64,000 bases of DNA from Bryobacterales bacterium (GTDB lineage Bacteria > Acidobacteriota > Terriglobia > Bryobacterales > Bryobacteraceae): positions 3,318-67,317 of the forward strand of contig JBBQDH010000002.1 in NCBI GenBank assembly GCA_038319515.1. Reading direction: 5' to 3'. A model generated the notes under the pieces. The model searched no databases. It was not told where the DNA came from and saw only the letters and a list, made by a program, of their open reading frames with translations. Position numbers and translations under genes: made by a program. Shown in pieces: positions 28,101 to 36,268 of this stretch; position 1 is the stretch's first letter, and each line of letters starts with the position of its first letter.

Positions 28101-28556
28101 GTTCAGCGTGGCGTTGACGTAGCGCTGGTAGAGCGGGAGTTCGTAGAGAACGTTGCCGCTCATCACCGTGCCGGTGGAAGAGGTCTCGGTATCGAGCAAC
28201 TGGCCCGTGCCCTTCACTTCGATGGAGTCAGAGAGTTGGCCCACCTGCATGGTCATATCCACGGCGAGCGTGTCGCCGGTGTGCAGATCAATGTCGTCGC
28301 GAACCGATTTCTTGAAGCCCGGCGATTCGAAAGTGACGCGATATTCCCCTGGCTGCAGGGATGGCACGCGGTACAGTCCGTCTGAATTGGTGACGGCGTT
28401 ATAGGTGAAATTGGTCGATTTCTGCACGATGTCTACCTTCACCCCGGCGACAACGGCGCTGGAGGGATCGCTGACACGACCGGTGATGGTGGAGGTGCCG
28501 ATCTGCGACCAGGCGGTGATACTGAAGGCACACAGGGCCAGAACTAGTTTGCGCAC
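25107..28556 (-). CDS. TonB-dependent receptor-like outer-membrane protein with N-terminal carboxypeptidase-regulatory-like domain
   Basis: 1149 aa. Signal peptide MRKLVLALCAFSITAWSQ. ITGRVSDPSSAVVAGVKVDI...SDGLYRVPSLQPGEYRVTFESPGFK (CarboxypepD_reg). Long beta-barrel-like body and terminal ...LTLMVRF. Confidence 0.9.
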   Translation of the reverse strand: MRKLVLALCAFSITAWSQIGTSTITGRVSDPSSAVVAGVKVDIVQKSTNFTYNAVTNSDGLYRVPSLQPGEYRVTFESPGFKKSVRDDIDLHTGDTLAVDMTMQVGQLSDSIEVKGTGQLLDTETSSTGTVMSGNVLYELPLYQRYVNATLNLVPGMSSGGFAYGGDLGSYHLAGQRNGAIGIFEDGVNGNDQGSGTGTIKPLQNSVAEVNVITTVAPAEYGHSAGGVISVVKKSGTNELHGMGSWFGRTRSMQHRRYFDLKHTSDAYPGRPNGLPVFFMQPDSNISGPVILPHIYNGKNKTFFFFGYQRLHEKKVAQVFTTVPTAGMLGGDFNFPGVNANAIYDPATTRRNADGSWARDAFAGNRIPLSRFDPVANKVLSFAPWVDPTTNSFNTSGPTNNVLANEFARTFFNDYNVRMDHQFSSAFKIYGSFTENDQSGFGRPVAIKESRLPFDASQGNYSPFTQNNSSVGYTWLKSATLVNDSRVGYFRRRNDTTVPSYGGNWPTQLGIPNVDNALMPSFGIFNITGATPSKTVNETFSFRNDTTWVKGAHAIKAGYEILYYKLNSANFARFSSFAFDGVTSGLQANGTSVPNTGITFAGFLTGYVRQATFNSELTSWLPRSNIHSFYVQDDWKITPTLTANLGVRYSNESPFHTKYGALSSFDPTGKDDLTGGRGAIIHPASLANRDNNNFNPRIGLAWHPLQKMVLRGGFGMNTVDIKFPQGRGQFDEYTAIANQQAATGDPTPIYRISRGPDPVSFIKRPNGTSPFVGTNYGSRSVEWWDKNLRNPYVLNFNAGAQYEFRRNYLLELSYQGSSGVGLLERWQANTFPVDYFAGNTTQQNVVNGAAQNYRPFPQFGDIRFRSNFGHSTFHSGTIKLEKRMSDGLYFQTFYTLAKAIDSQDNDNDGTGVAPIQNRRLEKGRAGYDRKHRFIGVLNYELPFGAGKKWATGGISKWLLGGFELSWIQTQESGNPLTFGYTGSPYNYYPGFAGNGRPDVTGPIAIRDGWYDLGGDRFVNANINSVFSGGQNGLANFAYPGGCPAVIPAGFDRTKCDFRIGTAGRNIIDGLPLRWSQASAQKNFTIREKYNVQLRWDMQNIFKTYNFNPPTTTVDFRTGNIAQFGKVSSDPTTASLGGQPLMNLTLMVRF

Positions 28557-28636
28557 GTAGATTCCTTACCGGGGGGACGAGAAACCCGGTTTGGTAGATG
28601 ATATATCACTCAGGAGACGGTGTCGAGGGGCAGCGT

Positions 28637-29425
28637 TTAATTTGGCGTTGGCTTTCTCTCGATATGGTCGATATTCAGCATCTTCAGGGTCACGCGCTGT
28701 TTCGTGAACTGCAGGCCGACGGAATCACCGACCAGCTTGAGCATTCGCGAATCCGCTTGTGGCTCCGTGATCGCTGGGCCGTCGGGATCGACCGGCCATT
28801 CCAGTTCAAATGTGTAGGAACCGGAAATGCCGGTTCGGTCTTCAATAGGCGCGCCGATCACGTTGTAGCTGAATGCGTTGACAAACCTGCTGAAAGGCAC
28901 GGCAGTGGCGCCAAATTTCCCTCCCCGCAGATTCACGTGGACCGCATATCTGCCAGGAACAGGCGTGATTGGTTTGGGTTTAAAGCCCTCGGGCGCGATT
29001 GTGAGGAGGTAGCCGTCGACCTGCTTGTCGCTCCAGTGGAACTGCAGGCTAAACCTCTCGGCCAGCAGCGCCCGTAACATGGCCATGGCTCCATCGAGTG
29101 TCGTACCTGGGGTCGTGACAGCATCTATTTCAAACCTGTCAAACAGAATCCAGTCGGGACCCGCGATCTCACGCGCCTCAATTTTATATGCATGCTGGAG
29201 AAATTCCGAAATCGGTCCGACGCCGCTAACCCTGTCGCCTGTGAGGGTCGGTGTCTTTGATCGCAGGTTGGCGGTGACGGGAACAGGCTTTACGGAAGCG
29301 ACTTCAAATTTCAAATCGCCACCGGGGACAGATTGTCCTTCGCTGAGTTGGGCGAAGAACATCCCCTGTACAAAAAGAACATGAAGAACAGCTAAATGTG
29401 TGGAGCGTATCTTTGAATCCCTCAT
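28637..29425 (-). CDS. TIGR03435-family (soil-associated, Acidobacteria-type) secreted protein
   Basis: 262 aa. Signal peptide, then FEVASVKPV...ISEFLQHAYKIEAREIAGPDWILFDRFEIDA...LLAERFSLQFHWSDKQVDGYLLTIA...LVGDSVGLQFTKQRVTLKMLNIDHIERKPTPN. From memory this matches the TIGR03435 pattern. Confidence 0.75.
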   Translation of the reverse strand: MRDSKIRSTHLAVLHVLFVQGMFFAQLSEGQSVPGGDLKFEVASVKPVPVTANLRSKTPTLTGDRVSGVGPISEFLQHAYKIEAREIAGPDWILFDRFEIDAVTTPGTTLDGAMAMLRALLAERFSLQFHWSDKQVDGYLLTIAPEGFKPKPITPVPGRYAVHVNLRGGKFGATAVPFSRFVNAFSYNVIGAPIEDRTGISGSYTFELEWPVDPDGPAITEPQADSRMLKLVGDSVGLQFTKQRVTLKMLNIDHIERKPTPN

Positions 29426-29562
29426 TGTCTGCCAAAACCTATTATGTTAGCTATCGAAGCTGGCACTTTGCATGACCTGCCCGAGGCGCTCCTGCCTGCC
29501 AGCGCAGTCACACCTCGGGCGTAGTAACCCGGCTTTCGGCGAACACCTTGCTGCTCGTTAGA

Positions 29563-29793
29563 TCACACGATCACGCAAAGCTCATCAGACGATCCGTCAC
29601 ATTGCCCTATGAGTTCGCACTGCTGTGCATTTGTAACCCAGCCGCACACTTCGCGATACTCGTTCGGGCAGCAGATAGTTTTACAAATATATGTATTACC
29701 CCACAGCGCTTGCGCCGTCAACAGCCCGCTGACCGCTGTCAAAAAAGCGAGGCGCAACCGCCGCCCATGTTTCTGTAACTGTCTTGCTTTCAT
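29563..29793 (-). CDS. small secreted cysteine-rich peptide (76-aa precursor, 7 Cys in a ~46-aa mature part), unknown family
   Basis: ATG 29793 sits 10 nt after GGAGG of a perfect AAGGAGGTGA and 7 nt after the thioredoxin stop. MKARQLQKHGRRLRLAFLTAVSGLLTAQA / LWGNTYICKTICCPNEYREVCGWVTNAQQCELIGQCDGSSDELCVIV. Confidence 0.75.
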   Translation of the reverse strand: MKARQLQKHGRRLRLAFLTAVSGLLTAQALWGNTYICKTICCPNEYREVCGWVTNAQQCELIGQCDGSSDELCVIV

Positions 29794-29800
29794 CTTCTCC

Positions 29801-29810
29801 TCACCTCCTT
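29801..29810 (-). promoter_or_regulatory. Shine-Dalgarno AAGGAGGTGA for the Cys-rich peptide gene, embedded in the last codons and stop of the thioredoxin gene
   Basis: The minus strand reads ...gaa agg agg tga ggagaag ATG. This is a 9-10 nt complement to the canonical 16S 3' end. Confidence 0.7.
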
Positions 29811-30313
29811 TCAGTTGTGCCTTCAAACGCTTTCAATACCGCCGCTTCCCGGCGTGAGTCCAGAGCGCCAACAAACGAATTACTCACCAGCCCGGTGCGA
29901 TCAGCGATCAAGATCGTTGGGGTTCCGCTTAACGGGAGCAGAGAGCGGTCGAGAGGGTACACTCCGTCAACGGAAACTTGATGCTCTGCCAGATATCGAC
30001 GAATATTGTCAGGCGGGTCCAGCGATACAACCCGCAAGGCAACTCCAGCCGGCCTCAAGCTGCGCGCCTCTGAAAGCCGCCTGTAAAATGGGAGGCTCTC
30101 GGCACAGAACTTGCAATGAGTGGAGATAAAGAGCACGGCGTTCACTGGAGAAGATTTCCAGTCAACTCCCGCAATAGCTATATGTTGGCCCGCGAGTTGT
30201 TCTTGATGGGCGGAGACAGCCCTTCGCGCGAAACGCTGCTCAAGGAGTGTGCCGGAGGACACCAACGCGGCTGAGATAACAGCAACATAAGCAGCTTTCT
30301 CCAGAATATGCAT
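29801..30313 (-). CDS. membrane-anchored TlpA/ResA-like thioredoxin-fold thiol-disulfide oxidoreductase
   Basis: ORF 29801..30328; ATG 30313 preferred (GGAGAAGG upstream). TM anchor AAYVAVISAALVSSGTLL, CxxC motif FISTHCKFCAES, and a cis-Pro context (LSGTPTILIAD). Confidence 0.8.
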   Translation of the reverse strand: MHILEKAAYVAVISAALVSSGTLLEQRFARRAVSAHQEQLAGQHIAIAGVDWKSSPVNAVLFISTHCKFCAESLPFYRRLSEARSLRPAGVALRVVSLDPPDNIRRYLAEHQVSVDGVYPLDRSLLPLSGTPTILIADRTGLVSNSFVGALDSRREAAVLKAFEGTTERR

Positions 30314-30480
30314 ACCTGCCTTCTCCACCTCGTGATTTTTACCGAACCGACGAACCCGCTGACGAATGTTGGTCAGGTGCCGCTCAATTGACAGAGGGAT
30401 TGTGGAGGCTGAATCTTACACTTTGATAAAAAAATTCCCCACCATCACCTAAGTTTGCGTTTTCGCGTAATGTGAATGCA

Positions 30481-31043
30481 TTATTGTTGATCTCGTCGAC
30501 GGGGCACCTCACCGGTGAGGTGCCTGAGCCGATCCAGCGCACGCCGTTTTACGACGGAAACACGGTCGGCAGGGATGCCAAGACACTTCGCAATATCCTG
30601 CATGCCAAGTTCCTCAAAGAAATACATCCGGATAACGTCTCGGTCGCGCTTGCTGCTTAAACCGCGAATGAGACGAGCTGCGTCTTCCCTTATCCACCTC
30701 TGTTCAAGACCGCCAATAGTACAGAAAGATACATGTTCAGGGGGGGCTGACAGCGGGAATATTTCAGTTTCCCGACCGCCGTTCGCCTGGCAATAACTGC
30801 AAGCCAGTTCTCCAACGGACCTTCTCCCCTCCACTTGTTCAGTTGTTGCCATTCGCTCTCCAAAAAATTCACAAATATCTCATTCACCAGATCCTGGTCC
30901 TGAAATCGTTTGGTCGCAGGGGTGGCTGCTTTCTGAAGTAGCTCGTGGAAAGCTGTAATAGCATCCGAGTTTCCCTCGCGCACTCGGAGGATGAGGTCAC
31001 GCTGGTCAGCTATAGTCATCATCGCGGGCTTCATTAGCTGCAT
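30481..31043 (-). pseudogene. ECF sigma factor interrupted by a frameshift (candidate site: G7/C7 homopolymer at 30740-30746)
   Basis: Track ORF 30690..31043 carries region 2 (DLVNEIFVNFLES...ENWLAVIARRTAVGKLK). Overlapping ORF 30481..30852, in another frame, carries region 4 (KRDRDVIRMYFFEELGMQDIAKCLGIPADRVSVVKRRALDRLRHL). Adding one C to the C7 run joins them into a ~187-aa ECF-sized protein. Confidence 0.75.
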
Positions 31044-31218
31044 AATATCCTAAAAAAAATGCCCTTGAATACAGCCGTAGTGAACAACACACTAATACTA
31101 TTGTCCGAAGTTGCCCATTTCTCATACAACCGGGAGACATCTGCGCCAAAGTAGTCAACTCGTGTTGTTCGGCGCTGTTCGAGAAGATACTCATCCAGGA
31201 ACTAGAATCAGGTATCGG

Positions 31219-34059
31219 TTACCTGAGTAAATTGTGGACGAAAACGGCGGGATGCAAACCTTTCGTGCCCTGGAGTTCGGCTACCTGGTGCCGACATGAG
31301 GTTCCTGTCGCAATCAGCGTATCGCCCGGTTCCATCTTGCGCACCGCAGGCAGCAGGCGCCGTTCGGCAATGGCGACCGAAACGTCGTAGTGCTGACGCG
31401 TGTATCCGAATGACCCGGCCATGCCGCAGCAGCCGGCGTCGAGGTCCACCACCTTCGCATTCGGAATGCGGTTCAGCAGGGCGATTGATGCCGAGAGCAG
31501 GCCCAGCGACTTCTGATGGCAGTGGGCGTGCAGCAGAATGCGGCCCGGGGCTTCGCGCAGGGGCAGATCCAGCGTGGCCGCAAATTCATCGAAGAAGTAA
31601 CAGGCTTTGGCAACTTCACGCGCCTTCTGTTGTTGCTCGCCCCGCAGCAGATCGATGGCGTCGTCCTTCAGCGCAGAGAGGCAGCTCGGTTCGCAGAAAA
31701 GGATCGCTTCACCCCGCGCCGCGATGGGGTGCAGGGCTTCCACAAGGCGCGCGGCGTGGGCGCGGGCATCGCTCAGCAGGCCTTGTGAGATGAGCGGACG
31801 ACCGCAGCAGCCGGGGCGAACCACATTGACCTGGCAGCCTCCGCGTTCCAGCACTTCCACGGCGGCGATGCCGATTTCCGGGTCGTAGTGATTTGTGAAG
31901 GTGTCGTTGAAGAGCGTGACGGCGCGGCCTGTTTTGGCTGTGTGCTTTTTAGTCCATCGTTCGAACGTGTCGGCACGCCACGCAGGCAGCGTGCGGCGCG
32001 GATCGATATCCAGTAGCTTTTCGTTGATCCAGCGGGCGGGCTTGCTCGCTGCAATCTTATTCGCGATGGGCGCGAAGCGGCTGCCCCACACCGCAGCCTT
32101 GTGGACGTTGCCGAGGGCGCGGGCTTTGGCCGGGATGCCGTGGCGCGTGTAGTAATCCGAAAGGAACTCGCTCTTGAACCGGGCGACATCAACACCCACC
32201 GGACATTCCGCTTTGCACGCGCGGCATTCAAGGCAAAGATCCAGCGCCTGATAGACGCCTTCGTCGCCCAGGCCGGCTTCTTCCAGCTTGCCCGTCATGG
32301 CCAGACGCAGCACGTTGGCGCGGCCCCGCGTGGAGGCCGATTCCTCGCGCGTCACCATGTAGGAAGGGCACATGGTGCCGGAGAGCTTCTTGCGGCAGGC
32401 ACCCACGCCGCTGCACATTTCAACGGCCCCGGCCATGCCGCCGTGTTCGGAATAATCGAACCAGGTGAACGGGTTAGGGGTCTGGTATTTCGCGCCGTAG
32501 CGCAGGTTCGCGGTCAGCGGCGGAGCATCAGTGATCTTGCCGGGGTTGAGCAGATTGTGGGGGTCAAACGCCCGCTTCACCTCACGAAACGCCTCGTAAA
32601 GAACCGGCCCGAACATTTGTTTCATGAAAGGGCTGCGAACAAGTCCGTCGCCGTGTTCGCCGGATAGAGCGCCGCCGAATTCGAGCACCAGATCCGCCAC
32701 ATCATTCGCGATGGCCTCGAATTTACGAATGCCGTCAGCGGTCTTCATGTTGATCACCGGGCGCACGTGCAGGCAGCCCACTGAAGCATGGGCGTAGATA
32801 CCGGCGGTGGTGCCGTGGCCGTGAATGATAGTAAGAAAGCGTCCGATGAAGGTGCTAAGTTTTTCCGGAGCGACGGCTGTGTCTTCGACGAATGAGATAG
32901 ACTTCGCGTCGCCCCGCGTGGCCATGGAAAGCCCGAGTGCAGCTTCGCGCAAACTCCAGATGCGCGTTTGCGAGGCGGGGTCGGTTTCGGAGTGGTAGTG
33001 GTAGCCCAGGTTGCGGGCGCGCAGGTCGGCTTCCAGCGCTGCCAGGCGCGGGGGCAGATCTTCTTTATGGTCGGCGTAGAACTCAATGCAAAGGATCGCG
33101 GCGGGGTCACCTTTTACAAATCCTGACCGGATGTTTTCAAGGCCGGCGTTCTGGCGCGTATTGTCGAGAATCGCCTTGTCCATCACCTCCACGGCGGAGG
33201 GTTTGTGGGTCAGGATGACCGGGGTGGCAGAGAGAGATTCCAGCAGATCGCCGAACAGGACCGCCATCAGCGCTTTGAATTTTGGCAGCGGGACCAGGCG
33301 CAGTTTTGCTTCAAGCACGATGCCGAGGGTGCCTTCCGAGCCGACCATGAGGCGGACCAGGTTGACGGGCGTGGCGGGGTCTGTGAACGCGTCCAGATTG
33401 TAGCCGCCCACGCGGCGCAGAATCTTCGGGAAGCGCCGGTCGATTTCATCAGCGTGTTCCGCCGCGAGGCGCAGCACCGTACGGTAGCAATTGGCCTCGA
33501 ACGTGTCGCCAGAGGGAATCTCCGCGCGCGGAATGTCACGGAACTCAACAATGCTGCCGTCGGCAAGCAACACGGTTTGCTCCAGCACATGGTCGATGGT
33601 GATGCCGTAAAGTACGCTGCGGGCACCGCTCGAATTGTTCGCCATCATGCCGCCGATGGTCGCGCGGCTGGCGGTGGAGATATCCGGGGCGAAACGCATG
33701 CCTATCGGGACGAGGTGGGCGTTCAGTTCATCCAGCACAATCCCCGGCTCCACCCGCACCCAGCCTTCTTCGGCGTTTACTTCCAGTACCCGGCTGTAGT
33801 ACTTCGAGAGGTCAATCTGGAGGCCCTCACCGATGGCCTGCCCCGCCTGCGCGGTGCCGCCGCCACGCATCGTGATGGAGGTGTTGTGCCTGCGGCAGAT
33901 GGCCGCGGCGCGAATGATGTCTTCCCGTGTTTTAGGGATGACAACGCCCACCGGCTCAATCTGGTAAACGCTCGCGTCGGTTGAGTAGAGGGCCCGGCTG
34001 ATCTTGTCAAAACGGACTTCGCCCGTAAGCTCAAGTTCGAGTTCCTGCTGCAGCGTCAA
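31219..34059 (-). CDS. FAD-linked oxidase fused to Fe-S/CCG domain (GlcD-GlcF-like, YdiJ-type 2-hydroxyacid dehydrogenase)
   Basis: 946 aa. N-terminal FAD_binding_4 pattern (VVIPKTREDIIRAAAICRRHNTSITMRGGGTAQAGQAIG). Ferredoxin-type clusters CPSYMVTRE and CLECRACKAECPVGVD. C-terminal Cys-rich (CCG) repeats CCGRPL and CCGMAGSFG. Confidence 0.85.
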   Translation of the reverse strand: MTLQQELELELTGEVRFDKISRALYSTDASVYQIEPVGVVIPKTREDIIRAAAICRRHNTSITMRGGGTAQAGQAIGEGLQIDLSKYYSRVLEVNAEEGWVRVEPGIVLDELNAHLVPIGMRFAPDISTASRATIGGMMANNSSGARSVLYGITIDHVLEQTVLLADGSIVEFRDIPRAEIPSGDTFEANCYRTVLRLAAEHADEIDRRFPKILRRVGGYNLDAFTDPATPVNLVRLMVGSEGTLGIVLEAKLRLVPLPKFKALMAVLFGDLLESLSATPVILTHKPSAVEVMDKAILDNTRQNAGLENIRSGFVKGDPAAILCIEFYADHKEDLPPRLAALEADLRARNLGYHYHSETDPASQTRIWSLREAALGLSMATRGDAKSISFVEDTAVAPEKLSTFIGRFLTIIHGHGTTAGIYAHASVGCLHVRPVINMKTADGIRKFEAIANDVADLVLEFGGALSGEHGDGLVRSPFMKQMFGPVLYEAFREVKRAFDPHNLLNPGKITDAPPLTANLRYGAKYQTPNPFTWFDYSEHGGMAGAVEMCSGVGACRKKLSGTMCPSYMVTREESASTRGRANVLRLAMTGKLEEAGLGDEGVYQALDLCLECRACKAECPVGVDVARFKSEFLSDYYTRHGIPAKARALGNVHKAAVWGSRFAPIANKIAASKPARWINEKLLDIDPRRTLPAWRADTFERWTKKHTAKTGRAVTLFNDTFTNHYDPEIGIAAVEVLERGGCQVNVVRPGCCGRPLISQGLLSDARAHAARLVEALHPIAARGEAILFCEPSCLSALKDDAIDLLRGEQQQKAREVAKACYFFDEFAATLDLPLREAPGRILLHAHCHQKSLGLLSASIALLNRIPNAKVVDLDAGCCGMAGSFGYTRQHYDVSVAIAERRLLPAVRKMEPGDTLIATGTSCRHQVAELQGTKGLHPAVFVHNLLR

Positions 34060-35201
34060 CGCAAGCCTCCCCGCAGACGCTCCAGGCCATTGCGCAGCGT
34101 CTCGCCGCCACTGGCGAAGCTCACCCGCAGCGTGCCTTCTCCGGCGCGGCCGTAAGCCGCCCCGTGCACCACAACAACGCCGTGAGCTTCCAGGAGGTTC
34201 CTGCGGATCTGGTCCGATGTTTCATGCCGATCCCGCACATCCACCATCGCGAAGAAGCCGCCTTCGGGGGCAAGGGCGCTCTCCAGCGAATTCAGCACAA
34301 TATCGCGGCGCTCGGCGTATACGCGCTGCATGTCAGCCACGCATTGCTGGGAACCCGCGAGTGCTTCGGCTGCCGCATCCTGAATGAACGTGGCGGGGCC
34401 GCGGCTCGATTGCGCCAGGATCATGAACATCCGCTGGATCACGTCTTTCGGCCCCGCGCAATAGCCAACTCTCCAGCCTGTCATCGAATAAGTTTTCGAC
34501 AGGCTGTTGATGTGCAGGTAGTGGCTGCGCAGGCTCGGCAGCGCGGCCAGCGGAGAGACATGGTGGTGCTCACCATACGTGATGGTTTCGTAAATCTCAT
34601 CGCTGATCAGCATGACATTGCGTCGCTCACAGAAATGCCCGATCTGTTCGAGCTCGGTCCGCGTGAAGACCGTGCCCACGGGATTCCACGGATTGTTGAG
34701 GATCAGTGCTTTGCAGGAAGGCGTCCAGGCGCGTTCGAGAGAGTCCATCGGGATGGAAAAACGACCATTCTCAATGATGGCCCCGACCGGGCGAATCACG
34801 CCGCCTGCCAGGCGGATGGGTGATTGGTAGGCGTCGTAAATCGGGTCGGGCAGCAGGACCTCATCGCCTTCCGAAAGCAACGCCATCAGCGCGGCATAGA
34901 TGCCGAAGGTGGCCCCGGAAGTGGCCAGAATTTCCGTGCCTGCGTCATACCGGAGGTGGTTATCGCGCTCCAGCTTCAAGGCCACTGCCTCGCGAAACGC
35001 TTTCTCTCCGCGGTTGTCGGGATACCCGGTGCGGCCGTTTTGCAGCGCCCGCGTGCAGGCTTCCACAATGTGGGCCGGGGTGGGCAGATCGGGCTCGCCG
35101 CGCATGAGCGAAACGAGCTTCCTGCCCTGCGCCTGCAACTCGCGAACTTCCGCGAGAATGGCGTTGACTGCGGTTGGTTGAAGAGCTGCGATACGATCCA
35201 A
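34056..35201 (-). CDS. pyridoxal-phosphate-dependent aminotransferase (class I/II)
   Basis: 381 aa. NPWNPVGTVF, the PLP-lysine context SLSKTYSMTGWRVGY and the C-terminal RVSFA pattern. 4-nt overlap with the downstream oxidase gene. Confidence 0.85.
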   Translation of the reverse strand: MDRIAALQPTAVNAILAEVRELQAQGRKLVSLMRGEPDLPTPAHIVEACTRALQNGRTGYPDNRGEKAFREAVALKLERDNHLRYDAGTEILATSGATFGIYAALMALLSEGDEVLLPDPIYDAYQSPIRLAGGVIRPVGAIIENGRFSIPMDSLERAWTPSCKALILNNPWNPVGTVFTRTELEQIGHFCERRNVMLISDEIYETITYGEHHHVSPLAALPSLRSHYLHINSLSKTYSMTGWRVGYCAGPKDVIQRMFMILAQSSRGPATFIQDAAAEALAGSQQCVADMQRVYAERRDIVLNSLESALAPEGGFFAMVDVRDRHETSDQIRRNLLEAHGVVVVHGAAYGRAGEGTLRVSFASGGETLRNGLERLRGGLR

Positions 35202-36268
35202 GGTTAATCAGAGAATATCAATTGCTCAACAAGACTGAGATCCCTACCCCCGCGCTTCTGGTTGATCTCGATTTATTCGAGGGAAATCTGACGCGCATGG
35301 CGCAGGCTGCGAAAGCGGCGGGCAAGCAGTTGCGACCGCATGTGAAGGCGCACAAGTGCGTGGAGATTGCCCGGCGGCAGATCGCACTGGGAGCCTGTGG
35401 TGTTTGTGTCGCGACGGTTTCAGAAGCGGAGATGATGGTGCGTGCCGGAGTGAGCGGATTGCTGCTCACCTCGCCGGTGGCCGATGCCGTGAAGATGGTC
35501 CGCATTGTGGCCACCGGCGCGATGGTGGTGGTGGATGACCTTCGCCAGGTGCGCTGGTATCAGGAAGCCGCCTGCGCGGCCAACGTGCAGGTGGACGTGC
35601 TGGTGGATCTCGATGTGGGCGATCACCGCACCGGCGCGGCGTCGCTGGAGCAGGCGGTCGATATTGCGCTGGCGGTTGACCAGGCCGGGCACCTCGCGCT
35701 GCGCGGCGTGCAGGCGTATTCGGTGAGTGGCTCGCACGGTCAGGAAGCGGGGCCCACCTGGAAGATCGCGGCGGACGCCCGCAAAGCGTTCGCGTCGCAT
35801 GGCCTGCATACCGATATCGTTTCGGGCGGCAGCACGGGCACGTGGAATGTCGATCTTGCGGTGGATGGTGTGACTGAGATCCAGGCCGGGTCCTATCCGC
35901 TGATGGATCTGGCGTATCGGAAAATCGGTGTGGATTTTGCGAATGCCATGACGGTGCTGACCACCGTGATCAGCGCCAATCATGCGGAGTTCGTGACCGT
36001 GGATGGCGGCTTCAAAGCGTTCTCCACGGATCGTGCTTTCGGGCCGGAAGTTGTGGGGCTCGCGAACACCGGCTATCGGTGGGGCGGCGATGAGTTTGGC
36101 TATGTTGACGGATCGAAAGCGAAGCTGGGCAGCAGGGTTGAACTGATTCCGCCGCACTGCGATCCGACCGTGAATTTGTATGACAGAATCTACGCGTGCC
36201 GGGGCAATCAGGTGGAAGAGATCTGGCCTGTGATGGAAAGGATCGTCGTGGAAAGGGCAAAGCTATGA
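35174..36268 (+). CDS. DSD1-family PLP enzyme (D-serine dehydratase / D-threonine aldolase-like, alanine racemase N-domain)
   Basis: TPALLVDLDLFEGNLTRM...LRPHVKAHKCVEIARRQI (PLP Lys context)...ELIPPHCDPTVNLYD. TTG start at 35174 overlaps the divergent aminotransferase start; the in-frame TTG at 35222 is an equally plausible start. Confidence 0.8.
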   Translation: MVEELRYDPRLIREYQLLNKTEIPTPALLVDLDLFEGNLTRMAQAAKAAGKQLRPHVKAHKCVEIARRQIALGACGVCVATVSEAEMMVRAGVSGLLLTSPVADAVKMVRIVATGAMVVVDDLRQVRWYQEAACAANVQVDVLVDLDVGDHRTGAASLEQAVDIALAVDQAGHLALRGVQAYSVSGSHGQEAGPTWKIAADARKAFASHGLHTDIVSGGSTGTWNVDLAVDGVTEIQAGSYPLMDLAYRKIGVDFANAMTVLTTVISANHAEFVTVDGGFKAFSTDRAFGPEVVGLANTGYRWGGDEFGYVDGSKAKLGSRVELIPPHCDPTVNLYDRIYACRGNQVEEIWPVMERIVVERAKL

